Positions 36,166 to 49,401 are shown, numbered from the whole stretch's first letter. The stretch is DNA of 63,183 nucleotides, filler included, from Globobulimina sp. (GCA_003354225.1; 41 parts of 41 records of this genome joined end to end with filler, not necessarily neighbours in it), one strand, 5' to 3'. A program made the numbers and translations. The notes: a model not told the origin generated them from the letters alone.

Positions 36166-36469
36166 ATGAAATCGATTATTAACCTATTATTTGCATTATC
36201 TCTTGTAATGATGGCATCCGCCGCCGGTTTAAGAGATGCTGGTATAATAACTACACCATATCCCATACAATTATACCATGCCATACATACTCTACATAGG
36301 TGATCATGGACGTAACGCGGCTGGTTTTTTCATTGGATTTGGGGTTGGTTTAGTCATTGTTTTTTTAGGTGTTTGTTGTTGGAGATATTTTGAAACATTC
36401 GATTTGTGTCAACGATCTCAGAAAGAAAAGCAATATTCACCTCCTCCAGAAACAGGTTCCTCCAAATAA
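36166..36469 (+). CDS. Small signal-peptide + single-TM protein, two exons
   Basis: MKSIINLLFALSLVMMASAAGLRDAG | GT..ACATAG intron | DHGRNAAGFFIGFGVGLVIVFLGVCCWRY. Confidence 0.6.
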
Positions 36470-37101
36470 TCTAAAAAAAAATACCTTATATATATTCATC
36501 ACATGTTCGAAATTGCGTACCCTTTTTTTTTAATTTCTATTTCAGGCAAATCAGCGGATTAAGTATCGATGTTCTAGGCTGTCTCATATATTTCAGTACT
36601 TATTATATTCTATAAATATAAAAGCAATGTATCCCAATCCTTATCATACATATCTTACTCATTTGTACTGTTAATATCTTTATAAACTTCATTGTGTTTT
36701 GTTGTTTTTTTCTTTGTTCCCTTTTTTTTTTTTTAATAACTTCTTTATTCGTATTTGTTCTTACTATAACTACTGTGTTTGTAGGTGATTAATTTTAAGG
36801 TTTATCTTGGAATTTAAACTTCTTTTTTTATTTTTCCATGAATATAAATTTGTGCAAGGATACCACCAACAAATTCATCCTCGCACTCAATGTGTCAGAT
36901 TTGAAGAAAAACAGATTGCATAAATAAATCAATTACATTATTCGCAAACCGCCATTGNNNNNNNNNNNNNNNNNNNNNNNNNNNNNNNNNNNNNNNNNNN
37001 NTTAATTAATTAANNNNNNNNNNNNNNNNNNNNNNNNNNNNNNNNNNNNNNNNNNNNAAATATTTGATTAATATTTCTATCTGATATACATATACATTAC
37101 A

Positions 37102-38500
37102 GACACAGATCCATCATGTTATTGGCAAGGTTTTTGCCCAATGTTTCCGCCAGGCGGTGAATTGAGCGCTTTCCCAAATGGAGAAGAAAAGTTCCAACAG
37201 ATGTTACATAATATACATAGAATGTTTACGAATTGCTCAAGAGACACCGCCATCGGCAAATGGAAATTTAATGCCCTCGATGCTGGCGGCTTGACAGAAT
37301 TTTGCGAGACCTGTAAATATTGCGGCAACACCAAGACTATAAGCGATAGGAGACCATTATATTGGTATTCTGATGCAAATGCAGCTGCTCGATTTAAGCA
37401 ATGGGACGAAAAACATTGTAACCAATCCTGGTATTCCGAACCGGACCAAACTGCCCATTCAACCTGCAAATGGGGACTCGATGTGGTCGCAATGTGGGGA
37501 TCAGGCATCCACTCAGAAACACCCATTGATAGATGCCCATTGTTCTCACTTATTGATGCCTCAAATGCCTGTCAATTTGCTCCAAGAGCTACTACCTTTT
37601 GTTCCGATGATAAAGATCGATGCTGGTTCGAAACGGAAGGTATTTGCGGAGGGAACAGTTGTTTATGGGACGGGCATTGTGATCCTATCTTCGCGGCGAC
37701 CTACGACTACGTTGGTAAAGGCTTTGTGGAGGGCACCAATGGGGTCGATGCCGTATATAGTCGTTTTACAAAAGAAATATATTATTTATTACCGGTTGGT
37801 GCTCATTTTGATGCACGAATCACTACGTCTTCACAAGATTGGAGAAACGATGAGAAATATTTCAATTTAATGGTAGAATATTATGACGCAAATTACACAC
37901 AAACAGTATCCGCATGTTATGCATTATATGCAGGCCACATTACAACAATGGAAGTGTTTATATCTGGCACAATGGCTAATCAGTGCCACTCTCAATATTA
38001 TAAAAGTGGTGAATATTCTGCGGTTTTCTATGCTTATTATACACCACATGTTAGCTGCGAACCATATTCTTTTAGTTGAGTAATATGTAAATACAATATA
38101 TAAAATCTATAAATATGTATATTATATTTACTAATTATAAGTTTGTAAGACCTCTCAAAATAGATTTGTTCGGTTACCTGAACAAAATGACTATTATTTT
38201 GGCACAGATTTGATTGACTGGGTTTGGTCCAGTTATTCAGAACTAGGATATGATGAATGTAAAGAACAGCATTATTATAATCATCCCTTAGAAGGTTGGA
38301 CTGCAAATGGTGGAGAAACATTAGCTAAGTCCGATATATACCATTATCATAATGGTGCTTCATGCATTGGGTGTGCTAAAATTACAATTTTACAATGTTT
38401 AGAAGACTGTATTTATAATTATGATGTGACGCAATTATTGCAATCATGTATAGCTGCTTGTAATGAAGAGGCCACACCATCGCCTATACCAAATCCAACA
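37102..38500 (+). CDS. Cys/Trp-rich extracellular protein, multi-exon fragment
   Basis: 312-aa Cys-rich ORF, an AT-rich GT..CAG intron, then an exon ending in a PT-type repeat. Confidence 0.6.
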
Positions 38501-39257
38501 NNNNNNNNNNNNNNNNNNNNNNNNNNNNNNNNNNNNNNNNNNNNTTAATTAATTAANNNNNNNNNNNNNNNNNNNNNNNNNNNNNNNNNNNNNNNNNNNN
38601 TTTTTGTAATAATATTAAAATTCCATGTAAATAATAAATATAATGTGTGCATATACATAATACGACACTTGCTATTCAATTTATTCATCATTACTTTCTT
38701 ACATTTCACACAATAATTTTTATTAAATTTCCATTCATATTCATTGTTATTTGTAATTATTTTTAATACATTTTTAATTTTATCCATTTAATATCGATCC
38801 GTACATATTTTTTGTCAAATGGTAATTCGTCGATTTTATTATAATTTATATCAAATAAGCAATCAATTAAATTATTATCGTTTTTTACGTTGCTTCAATT
38901 TCGATAAAAAAAACAACTTTACTGTTTTTTTCTTCCCATTGCATGCCATTTTGCTCTCTCAAATGTCCAGTCATCAAAGTTTAATTTGCCTATAGAAAAT
39001 AGATCGAAATTATGGATTATTGGGGTAAAAAGTAAGTCGCAAGAAAGAAAGAAAGAAACCAAAAGAGACAGAAAGTGAGCAGCTATGGAGGAAGCAACGT
39101 TGTTGACCCATCTGTCGCGATCCAATACGTCCATTGGTCAACTCCTAAAATAGGTCCAGCATTATTTACGGCCCAGCGTTGCCTATGTTGTGGATGTAGC
39201 AAATTGCTCACTTTCTTGTTGATTTTGTCCATTTCGGGTTATGTAGAATTTTTTGAA

Positions 39258-39472
39258 TTCACACTAATTTTTTGTATTTAAAATATACAGATTTAAGTGG
39301 ATCGAATTGAATTACGGTGGAATTGGTTTTAATAGCAAATATAAGAAATATCCAGATCGGTTGAAATCAAATTCTATTTACACTAATTGTTTGAATTTTA
39401 AAATATACAGATGTGGAATTGGAATTGAATGAAGGCGGAATTGGTTTTATAGCAACTAAGAAATCCAGATCA
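39258..39472. repeat. Diverged tandem duplication, unit ~120 bp
   Basis: CACTAATT..TTTAAAATATACAGAT..GAATTGAAT..GG.GGAATTGGTTTTA.TAGCAA..AAGAAAT..CCAGATC occurs twice. Confidence 0.75.
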
Positions 39473-39663
39473 GTTTTTGTCTTCTTCGTAGTTTTTGTCA
39501 CCTTCCTAACTAAATTAAATTAAGTGAGTAGTTTTCAGTGCGGCAGCAGTTTTTATCATCTTTATCATGGCAACAGGTATTTTTTAAAACATTTTAGCGT
39601 TTAACATTTGTTTATCAAGGTACACGAGAACGGTTCAAGCAAACTCGCATCGCACAAACTAGT

Positions 39664-40043
39664 TTGAAAGCAATATTTGCGACATCAACCAATCAGCCAT
39701 ACAAACACAAAAAGCAAAACACGCAGTCTCCCACAATGACATTATTTGGTTTATTTATCTTTATCTGTGGTGGTTATGGCTGCACCTTTTCCTCTTCCAT
39801 ATGGATCCTAAACATCTGCCGTTTCATCCAAGGCATTGGCGGAGGACTCTCGTCCATCATAACTTCCTCCGTCGCCCGCGATGTCTTTCTGGCCAACGAA
39901 CGCATGCAAATATTAGGCATCTTAGGCACTATCCGCCCCATCGGCATTGGTATCGCGCCAATGATCGGCGGCTATATCTCCTCATATTATGGCTGGAGAA
40001 TGGTATTTTTTATAACTGCCTGTTTTGCGCTGTTGGTAATATT
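39664..40043 (+). CDS. MFS transporter (DHA1/Bcr-CflA-like), internal fragment
   Basis: RFIQGIGGG..SVARDVF...R and APMIGGYI...GWRMVF motifs. Confidence 0.85.
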
Positions 40044-40143
40044 NNNNNNNNNNNNNNNNNNNNNNNNNNNNNNNNNNNNNNNNNNNNTTAATTAATTAAN
40101 NNNNNNNNNNNNNNNNNNNNNNNNNNNNNNNNNNNNNNNNNNN

Positions 40144-40615
40144 GGATTGGTGTCTCTGAAACCGGAAAAAATCAATGGTATGATGGATATTGCGCTGTGT
40201 GTGGAATTTTTGAGAGAAAGCTTTGAGAGATATGCACCGACATTGAAATGGATGGAAATGGATATTTGGGATGCAAATTGTAAATGCCTTGGTATTAAAA
40301 TTAATAAAGTTGGAGATATTATTAAGTCTGGGAAAGGATATCAGAGTGTTTTTGGAAAAACGATTTGTCGATCACCGTATAAATATCATTGGAAATTGAG
40401 GCAAATCGCAGATAACGGACAAGATTTTTATGTTGGAATTGAAAGGAAAGGAAAGAGATTGTAAATAATTATTTTTGTAAATCAGAGACTGGTTATGGAT
40501 TTTCGGGGTTTTATGCACAATTATTTTCGAATGATAAGTGGGGGAAGAAATATGGAGCAAAAAGCACTCAGAAAGGTACTGTAATTGATGTTCATTTGGA
40601 TTTAGAAAACCAGCG
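40144..40615 (+). pseudogene. SPRY-like domain fragment with frameshift and abrupt truncation
   Basis: SVFG..KYHWKLR..FYVGI, then after a frame change TGYGF..KYG..GTVIDVHLDLEN. Confidence 0.5.
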
Positions 40616-41742
40616 GCAACCGCTGGACCATTTGTAAAGAAATTAGTTGTTATTTACATTCAATTTTTATTTTCTTTAATATAAATTGTGTTAATCACAT
40701 TCGTATTTTACGAATATTTAATTTAATTTTTTGTATATTTATTTTTATTTAAATCCACTTTGTTGTTTAGATTTTGTCCACGTCATTAAGTGGTGCTATT
40801 TATTGTTATTATCAATATGTTATCACACATCAAAGACGCGAGAAAGAAAAAAACAATTTATTCATCAAATTGTTGGTTCAAAATTATTGGTTTAAAATGT
40901 GAGAGAATTATGTACATAGCAAAATAATTGAATTTGTCAACAAAAATTACAACCATTTGCCAAAATTACCAAAAGAGAAAGAATTGCTAATTCATACTTG
41001 GTCGCAACTGAAGCAAGATTGTCATTCCTGAATCATCATTCATGGCAAACTTTTTATCCAACTCACAATCCAATCATAAGATATTTGCCATCGCTATCGC
41101 ACTCATATTCGGATCATTATACGCATTTGAGATTATGTCGCATGTATTATTTTAAAAAAAAAATGTAACATAAATAATGAATAAAAATGAACGACATTTC
41201 GCTTTGTATGGCAATAAACATACACCAAAAACTAAAATACAACCATGCAAATCGAACCGATTTCCTTTAGCTTTCCAACGATATGTTAATCATTTAATAC
41301 CACAATTGATCTAAATCCCAACTTATGACTACCACCGATTTGTCTTTTTATTAACAAATTTGAATACTTCATTAACAATTTAATTAAAAACAAAAAATAT
41401 TTTATAAAATTTTATTTTTTTCGAAATATTTATGCGGGCGACCCGTGTGGTTGTCCATGTGATCATACATATACAGTAGTGTTCCCGATAAGAGATACGC
41501 ATATAATTAGCTAATATATATGATTAGTTCTCATATATTTATTACCCAGCGAAGATTTCCTTAGGAAATTTTTTTTTTTTTTTTTTNNNNNNNNNNNNNN
41601 NNNNNNNNNNNNNNNNNNNNNNNNNNNNNNTTAATTAATTAANNNNNNNNNNNNNNNNNNNNNNNNNNNNNNNNNNNNNNNNNNNNCAATGTATGACTTA
41701 GGATAAGTTTCTGAATTTTTATATTATCATATATACACCGCT

Positions 41743-43037
41743 ATGTTTTCAATATATTACATTGTTGTTGGACTGGTTTATTATCGAACAAATCTAACGT
41801 TTCTTACCTACAAACAGTATCAAGTCAAATTGTACGAAATGGGAATAACAATGAACTCCCAACAACAACAATTTACATCATTCAATGCAATATCACCAAG
41901 ACGACATTGTTCCTCTCAAACATTGATATCCGTGACATCTGTCGGTGGCTGCGTTATTTTATTTTTTTATTACACACCAAGTTGAGATCAAACGTTGTTT
42001 CATCGCATGATGCAAATCAGCAACAAAACGTTTTTAGTGCCTTTGCTATGCATGCAATCTTATAACGTTTTACGTATATAACCTCAGAATTGGTGGGTTT
42101 AGTATTTTGGATGTGGTGTTTCCATGTTTTGGTAGGCATTGCGGTCTTCATTGTAGTGAAAGTCAAGCGAGTACGTGAATTACTGGGTTGTTTGTACGAA
42201 TTATATCTGATATGTGCTCTTATTGTAATATTATGGATATTGGTTATATTTGCACCGAAGCAACAGCAATTAATTCAATTTGCGACCATTGCATCAGATC
42301 ACGCCTTTTCAATGCTCACTCTATATTTTCTGTTATATGCCATCTTCAAATCTGAGAAAACGTTGAGCATTCCATATGCGTCAGAAACAGCTTCCAGTCC
42401 GAAATCGCAATTAAGTGCATTGCAATTAACACATGAAATGTCAGAGTGCAAAGTTATAAAACAGATTGATGTCGATGCTGACGATAAATCATTGCACAAA
42501 TTTCTTGAAAGCAGGAAAGAATATGAACTGTTTAGTAAATATTTAGCATTAGTTTGGTGTTTAGAAAATCTTATGTTTATTGAACGTGTTTGCGTATTTC
42601 GATGGTTAGTTTTGCAGAAAATGGAAGGCAGTGATACAGCTATTGAGGCATTGCAAATTGATTCGGGTAATAATAGAAAGTATTATGGATTAAAGTTTTT
42701 GTTTTTAGATAATGTGTATGGTGAATATGGTGTGATGGTTAAGGATAAATCAAAAAATGATTTTGCGTCTAATCAGCACATATTATGGTCATTTTGTCAC
42801 GATATTTATACAGAATTTATCTGCAATGAAGCGGCAAATCAAATTAATATTCCTTATGGAGTCAGAATTGGTATAGAGAAGAAATTAAAATCTGAAGAGA
42901 ATATTGATGAACATTTTCTTTGTTATGATGATTTTTTAGGTTTATTCAACAGCGCAATGGATAATGCATGGAGTCTGTTACAAACTGCGTATACATTCAA
43001 ATTTGCAATGTTCTTAGATTCGGATAATGAAATGTAA
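41743..43037 (+). CDS. Multi-TM protein with C-terminal RGS domain
   Basis: TM helices, then LHKFLE...ELFSKYL..WCLENLMF..IYTEFI..A.NQINI...R..I..LFNSA....WSLL RGS consensus. Confidence 0.8.
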
Positions 43038-43391
43038 CAAAATGATCACAAAATGATACGATATGATGTTTTAAATTAATTTTTTGCTGTGTATATATTT
43101 TAAAAATATAATATTTGTTTTCCCATAATNNNNNNNNNNNNNNNNNNNNNNNNNNNNNNNNNNNNNNNNNNNNTTAATTAATTAANNNNNNNNNNNNNNN
43201 NNNNNNNNNNNNNNNNNNNNNNNNNNNNNAAGATAGATCCAGGATGATTCATGGCCGCATTGCTTTGGTATCCAGAGATTTGGCATACATTCACGCCAAA
43301 TTCTCAGGAAACACATTAAATCTACATTTTAATCTGGATTGTATCTAACGACACCACCGTTTCCAAAGCAGATTCCTTTGTATGTTGGGAT

Positions 43392-43868
43392 TTGCGGGCT
43401 TACGCATCTCAGCCGATCCCAACCATTGCCCCACAGCAAGCCCAACAACGGCCTATCAGAACACCGGTTAGATCCCAACCACAGACCCAACAACAACCTC
43501 TGCGCCGCGTCCCCACTCCAACTGCGTTCGTCCCAGGCAGCCAAAGTATACATACACCCATTGCAAGGGCCACGCGCTCGCAGAAGGATTACAAAAACAT
43601 CAGAATATCACAACTCAAACAACCACTCCGCAAAACAAAGCCGCAAACACTCAGCCAGCCGGCGCCGACCGTACGTGCTCCAAAACAAGTCGCCAAACCA
43701 ACAACACAGCCAACACAAACCCGACCGACAAGGAACACTCGGTCCAGCAAAGACCTATCACAGAAATCAGTTTTCGCTCTGGCCGCTCAATATGACGCTG
43801 AAAGACGAGAACGCAAAAAGAAGAAGTTAGCGGAGAAGAAGAGAAAGCAGAAGCAGCTGAAGAAGTAA
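43392..43868 (+). CDS. Low-complexity Pro/Thr/Gln/Arg-rich C-terminal fragment
   Basis: 158-aa ORF with a basic tail; the same frame has stops upstream. Confidence 0.35.
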   Translation: MRAYASQPIPTIAPQQAQQRPIRTPVRSQPQTQQQPLRRVPTPTAFVPGSQSIHTPIARATRSQKDYKNIRISQLKQPLRKTKPQTLSQPAPTVRAPKQVAKPTTQPTQTRPTRNTRSSKDLSQKSVFALAAQYDAERRERKKKKLAEKKRKQKQLKK

Positions 43869-44179
43869 CTATTGTTTTCATTAGCTCTTTGTCTCTTTAT
43901 TTGTTTGATATTATATCTTGTTTTTCTTTTTCAGCTTATTATCTTTTGTAACATAATCCGTGATTTATCCTCCAATATATTTCATTTATCCATTTTCTCC
44001 CTATCTCTTTCATACACAATGATGACTGAATAGGTGACATTATTGGCTTTTTATTTTGTAAATCATATATATATTGTTTGCATCCATTATTATTATTCTA
44101 TTATTTTTCTTTTCAGATTGTATTGTTTTGTGTTAAGAAGTTTTTAATATTGGCTTGACTTCAGTCAACTCAGTTTTTC

Positions 44180-44239
44180 AATTTAACCTCTCTGAAGAAG
44201 GTCTCCTTTATGAGATCGAAACGTTAGACATTGTAAATT
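44180..44239 (+). ncRNA. Minimal type I hammerhead ribozyme motif of the kind found in Penelope-like elements
   Basis: TCT-CTGAAGA-A-GGTCTC/ctttat/GAGATC-GAAA-CGTT-AGA; palindromic AACGTT in place of stem III; distal AATTTA/TAAATT pairing. Confidence 0.6.
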
Positions 44240-44989
44240 TAGATAGTTCGATCGAATCCTTCAAATCACTATCGACCAGTTTTTTCTTATTCAAAACAGA
44301 AACACTATTCACACATATTATAATACATTTTGACCAATATAATCAAAACTAATCAGTGGATTTCCACCCATCCAATCAGTGGATTATGATATACTTATCG
44401 TCTTCTGGTGATGAATATTGATCGAATAGTGATGATTTCTGTTTAATATGTGAAGATAGAGTGATATTTAGTGATATCTAATTGAATTATATTTCGACGA
44501 TCAAACATTAAAACGGAGCGATATTTGCTGCCATAATCACAAATCGGTGATGCAACGTTGAAAGTTGGTGTCGTTTTTGTTGGAATCATAATTCTGTGCT
44601 TGAGTGGAACATTATATTTTGCTCCAAATTCATCAAATATACTTTTAAAAGATCTGAATGGATGATGTCTGGNNNNNNNNNNNNNNNNNNNNNNNNNNNN
44701 NNNNNNNNNNNNNNNNTTAATTAATTAANNNNNNNNNNNNNNNNNNNNNNNNNNNNNNNNNNNNNNNNNNNNCTAAAAGCAAAAACCCTAATGAGATGCT
44801 CGTATTGAGCTATCATCATAAAATATATTGGCACCCGGATCGATGCAGCACCTCATACATTCACATAATACCTTTTTCATATAAAAATGTTTAAACACAG
44901 AAAACTTACACTTAACTTGACCGGATCATAATCTGTTTGGAGCCAAGCCAAATACAACATACAACATAGAACATCAGTTTGCTGTTTGC

Positions 44990-45763
44990 ATGGACATTAA
45001 ACGAGAACATAGCAATGATGACAGTGATGTTGAAGTTTTGTTATACCTTAAGACAGAATCAAATCAACCACACGCCACAGCCACAAATAGCAAACACGAA
45101 CATAATGATATCGATATAAATTTAAATTCTAATCCATATCTTAATAATATAAATACAAACAAAGTGAAACCTAATACTAAAATACTAAAAAGAATGCGTT
45201 TTAAAGCGAAGCAAAAAGCGAGAAAATCAAAAAAATCTAAAAAAATATTATCAAATCATCATAAACAATGGACGGGTATTCAAGATAAAAAGTTATTGAA
45301 ATGGATTAAAAGAAATCCCGACGACTATAAACATAAAACCGGCGCTTGGGGACAAACTTTGGGCAGAACGGCAGCTGCGGTCACTGCGAGGATTAAAATA
45401 TTAAAAGAAAAAGATATTGCAAATGATGCAAATAAAAATATTGAAAATGATAAAAATAAAAATGAAATGAATAAATATACCAAGAAATTGAGCGATATTT
45501 TGGATAGATTGTATGATGGATATTGTATTGAAAAAGATGTGATTGAAAGAGTTCGGAATAAAATGAAAAATAAACAATTGAATGACATGAATGACTGTCG
45601 AAAAATGACAGGATTTAGTATTGAATGTTTGGAACAGAAATTGAATGATTTGGAAGGAGATATTGTAAGGATACCTAAGCAATTTATAGGTGCTACAAAA
45701 GTGAATCGTAAAATTGTTGATCCAAATAATAAACGTCGAAAGAGACGTAAATTAAATGATTGA
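44990..45763 (+). CDS. Basic nuclear protein with one Myb/SANT-like repeat
   Basis: QWTGIQDKKLLKW....WGQTLGRTAAAVTARIKIL; Lys/Arg-rich NLS-like segments. Confidence 0.6.
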   Translation: MDIKREHSNDDSDVEVLLYLKTESNQPHATATNSKHEHNDIDINLNSNPYLNNINTNKVKPNTKILKRMRFKAKQKARKSKKSKKILSNHHKQWTGIQDKKLLKWIKRNPDDYKHKTGAWGQTLGRTAAAVTARIKILKEKDIANDANKNIENDKNKNEMNKYTKKLSDILDRLYDGYCIEKDVIERVRNKMKNKQLNDMNDCRKMTGFSIECLEQKLNDLEGDIVRIPKQFIGATKVNRKIVDPNNKRRKRRKLND

Positions 45764-46384
45764 CGTCGTTGAAATTAACGATTTTTACCAAACCTTTTGA
45801 ATGCTCAGCAGAAAGTACTGAAAGGTCAGACCTTTTGAATGGACGTATAACGGATGATAGCATTGAAAAATGTTCTGACGCTAAAGAAAAAAACAACTGA
45901 TACACACAGTACAATACTACAAGTACAACATTGAAACGCGTTAAAACTAATCCATAACCTTCTCAACATCCGCCACACCAATTTGATTAGAAACATTTCC
46001 CAGCCATTGTGCCGCATTTGTGTCCACCTCATGATTAATATCCATTTTATTAACCTCAAAAAAGTTAATCCCGTGCAGAGCCAACGTGGTTATAATCGTA
46101 TCATTCTTAGAATGTCCAGATGGTATAATCGTATTTGTGTTATCATTATTATTTAAGTTACACAGTGCTTCATTTATATCGATATCATCCATATCCGTGT
46201 CATTATGGAGTCTGCNNNNNNNNNNNNNNNNNNNNNNNNNNNNNNNNNNNNNNNNNNNNTTAATTAATTAANNNNNNNNNNNNNNNNNNNNNNNNNNNNN
46301 NNNNNNNNNNNNNNNTCATACTCATAAATGAAATAATTAAAAATAAAGTTTTTTTTTTTTTTTTTTTTTTACTTCAGTTATATT

Positions 46385-47758
46385 ATGGGAGTGAAAGATT
46401 TGTGGAAGCTATTGGCGGCAGGTGGTTGTCGCGACTTTAATATGGATTTTGAAACAATGCACGGTTCAGTATGGGCTGTCGATTTATCATTTTGGATCGT
46501 CGAATCCACGACGGCCATGCAACATATATCGGATCCGACATTTAATCCGCATTTACGAAATTTATTTTTTAGAATTAAACATTTAGCGTCGTTAGGCATA
46601 TTATTAGTATTTGTATTTGATGGCGCACCGCCAAAGCAAAAATTCTTAACCTTACAAAAACGCGGAGTTTTGGGAAATATTAATCGTCGAAATAATAAAA
46701 AAAAATATTCACATTCTAGATTTGGTAGACAATGTACACAATGCAGGAAATTACTAAAAATATTGGGATATCCCTTCATTGATTTGCAGATTGGCGAAGC
46801 TGAGGCATTTTGCAGCAAATTAAATAGAAATGGCATGGTATCCGCAGTATTGACACCCGATGGCGATTCATTCTTATTTGGCGCAAGCAAAATATTTCGT
46901 GAATATAAAAAAACAAATGCAACAATAAATTGTTGTGATATTAATGGTTCGCAGTTGAATCAAAGAAATATGATAGCTTTAGGATTATTATTAGGTACGG
47001 ATTATTGTGACGGAGTCAAAGGAATTGGCTATAAACGCGCATACAAATTGTTACAAACAGCAATGAACGAATATGGCATAAATACGCACAATGAGGAGAA
47101 TGATGAATTGTATCATGTAATAAAGTGGTGTGAAATGGATGAATATGAAATAACTGAGTTGTTTGAAAAAAATGCGAATCGGAAAAAAAATAAGATTATT
47201 GAAAAATTTATAAATAAAATGAGGAATACTTATGATGATATTACATATTTAAAAGAGATCGTGGATGCTTATGTAAATCCAGAATTTCATAGAAATGACG
47301 AAGACAAATTATTTAATAAAAAATGGTTGAAATGGAAATGTCCGAATTTGGCAGAAATTATTGCGTTTTCTCAACAATATTTGCAAATGGATGTTAACAA
47401 TCTGATAAAACATACATTGGATATCATATTTGATTTATATTTGTATGGATTTATTGAGGGGAATCAATTTGAAATGACGCATATTATCAAATCGAGAGTG
47501 AAGAATAAGATCAATATGTATTCAGTGCAATGGATATGTAACGACAATCAAATTAAATCGCAAATATTTGGAAAGCAGCAATTAAAAGAAATAAAATGTG
47601 AGGGATTACATTTTGCCGATGCTGTCCAGCAATTACATCCGAAATTGGTTCAACAATTTCAAGTTAAAAACGTTTGTTTTTGCATTTATTTATGTTTACA
47701 TTTTTCTTTTCAGATTGATTTGTTGGAAAAGAAAAAAAAGAAAAAACAGAAAACTACA
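46385..47758 (+). CDS. GEN1: XPG/Rad2-family nuclease, GEN1 Holliday junction resolvase-like (3' partial)
   Basis: MGVKDLWKLL, AVDLSFWIVE, PHLRNLFFR, VFVFDGAPP, GEAEAFC, DGDSFLFGA, LLGTDY..GVKGIG; chromodomain-like IIKSRVKN..YSVQW. Confidence 0.88.
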
Positions 47759-48352
47759 NNNNNNNNNNNNNNNNNNNNNNNNNNNNNNNNNNNNNNNNNN
47801 NNTTAATTAATTAANNNNNNNNNNNNNNNNNNNNNNNNNNNNNNNNNNNNNNNNNNNNAATATGCGTACCTCTTATCGGGAACACTACTGTAATTGATAA
47901 ATGGTTGGATAATATTAAAATAATATTTTTTACGGACATAATAGAATGTCAAAACAAATCGTAAACATTCGAAACCGAGTGATAACGATGTAAACACAAT
48001 CGCTTTATGATAATTGCTAGAATCTGCAGTTTGAAAGAACCATGTCCATACCTCAGAGGACCAGCACAATATAAATTCCTTTATTTCATCCAATGGGATA
48101 TGTTCCATCCTCCTTCTGCATTGACTTATCTGCGGTTGTAAATTGTCTCGGTCTTGGCCCGGAATTGATATATTATTCACAAGAAATTGAGTCATTCACA
48201 TGGCGACGTGCCTCAAGGCTTTTATTCTATTCAATGATGTGTTGTTTATAGCCAAATAATGTGCATCATATATAGTGTTCAATCGATTCTGAGTGTTTTG
48301 TTTGAAAATTAATTTATCTTTACTAAAACTGGGGAAACAAAATTTTTACACG

Positions 48353-48424
48353 TGCACTATCCAGGAATCGAACCCGGGCCTCACCGTTGGGAACGGTAAA
48401 TTCTAACCACTGGACTAATAGTGC
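48353..48424 (-). tRNA. tRNA-Gly(CCC)
   Basis: GCACTAT/ATAGTGC acceptor stem, AGTGGTTA D-loop, TACCG-TTCCCAA-CGGTG anticodon arm, CCGGG-TTCGATT-CCTGG T-arm; no encoded CCA. Confidence 0.93.
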
Positions 48425-48764
48425 GCTTATTGTCATTCCTTTGATTTTCAAAAAATCAAACTCGTATTTAAAGATATAAAAATGGAGAGAGTTTCTCTTA
48501 TGAGATGTGATTTGTTCTATTCTGTATGCAACATTCGTCCTTTCCAATGAATATCAGAAGTACAACAACAAACAGCGTCACCAATCCTATCAAAAGTAAC
48601 AATTGCATATGGTTCTCCTTGATCCCTAAAGATGTGGCTAACACAAATCAATGTTAGAAAAAGGAATTTCGAAAAAAATTGAAATAAATGGAGTATAATA
48701 TTATTAATACGTTATATGACACACAAAACATGCACATGTGAGAAAAAACAAAGGAAAACGAAAA

Positions 48765-49186
48765 AAACCCTTGAGTATATACTACGTATATCTTCTCAAG
48801 GGGACCTAGGTGGGTCGAAGAGAATCCATGAAAACCATGAAAATGATAATAATCATATCTCATATCTCGGATCTCATATCTAGGAACTCCTTCCTTAAGT
48901 AAATCTCTTTAGGAATTTTTTCACCAAAAAATTTTAAATTTGGACAGTATGTACAAAAAATGGTTAAACGCATAAATACAAAATTATAGCCATTAAGACA
49001 CAATAGAACAAGAGTTATTGGCTTAAAAACATGAAAATCGATAGTACAGACTAAATGTCGGAACTCTACTTAGATAATTTTTCGGATACCTAAAGGTAAA
49101 AGTTAAATTTTTAATTAAATAATTAAAAATGATTGATCTTCTCTATAAACCCTTGAGTATATACTTCGTATATCTCCTCAAGGGGA
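48765..49186. repeat. Pair of 40-bp hairpin-forming direct repeats, 382 bp apart
   Basis: AAACCCTTGAGTATATAC-TAC/TTC-GTATATCT(T/C)CTCAAGGGGA at 48765-48804 and 49147-49186 (38/40 identical). Confidence 0.9.
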
Positions 49187-49401
49187 TAATTTAGAAATAG
49201 AGAATAATAATTATTATACGCTAGAATTTGAATTGAATGAATTTTGAATCTCAATCTTGTGTGGCACCATATCCAAAAAGTTTATTTATGACAAATTTAA
49301 GNNNNNNNNNNNNNNNNNNNNNNNNNNNNNNNNNNNNNNNNNNNNTTAATTAATTAANNNNNNNNNNNNNNNNNNNNNNNNNNNNNNNNNNNNNNNNNNN
49401 N

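Noticed and set aside
44430-44672. Minus-strand frame (..PLKHRIMIPTKTTPTFNVASPICDYG..) as part of a PLE protein next to the hammerhead
   Set aside because: Too short, weak resemblance, and on the opposite strand to the ribozyme.
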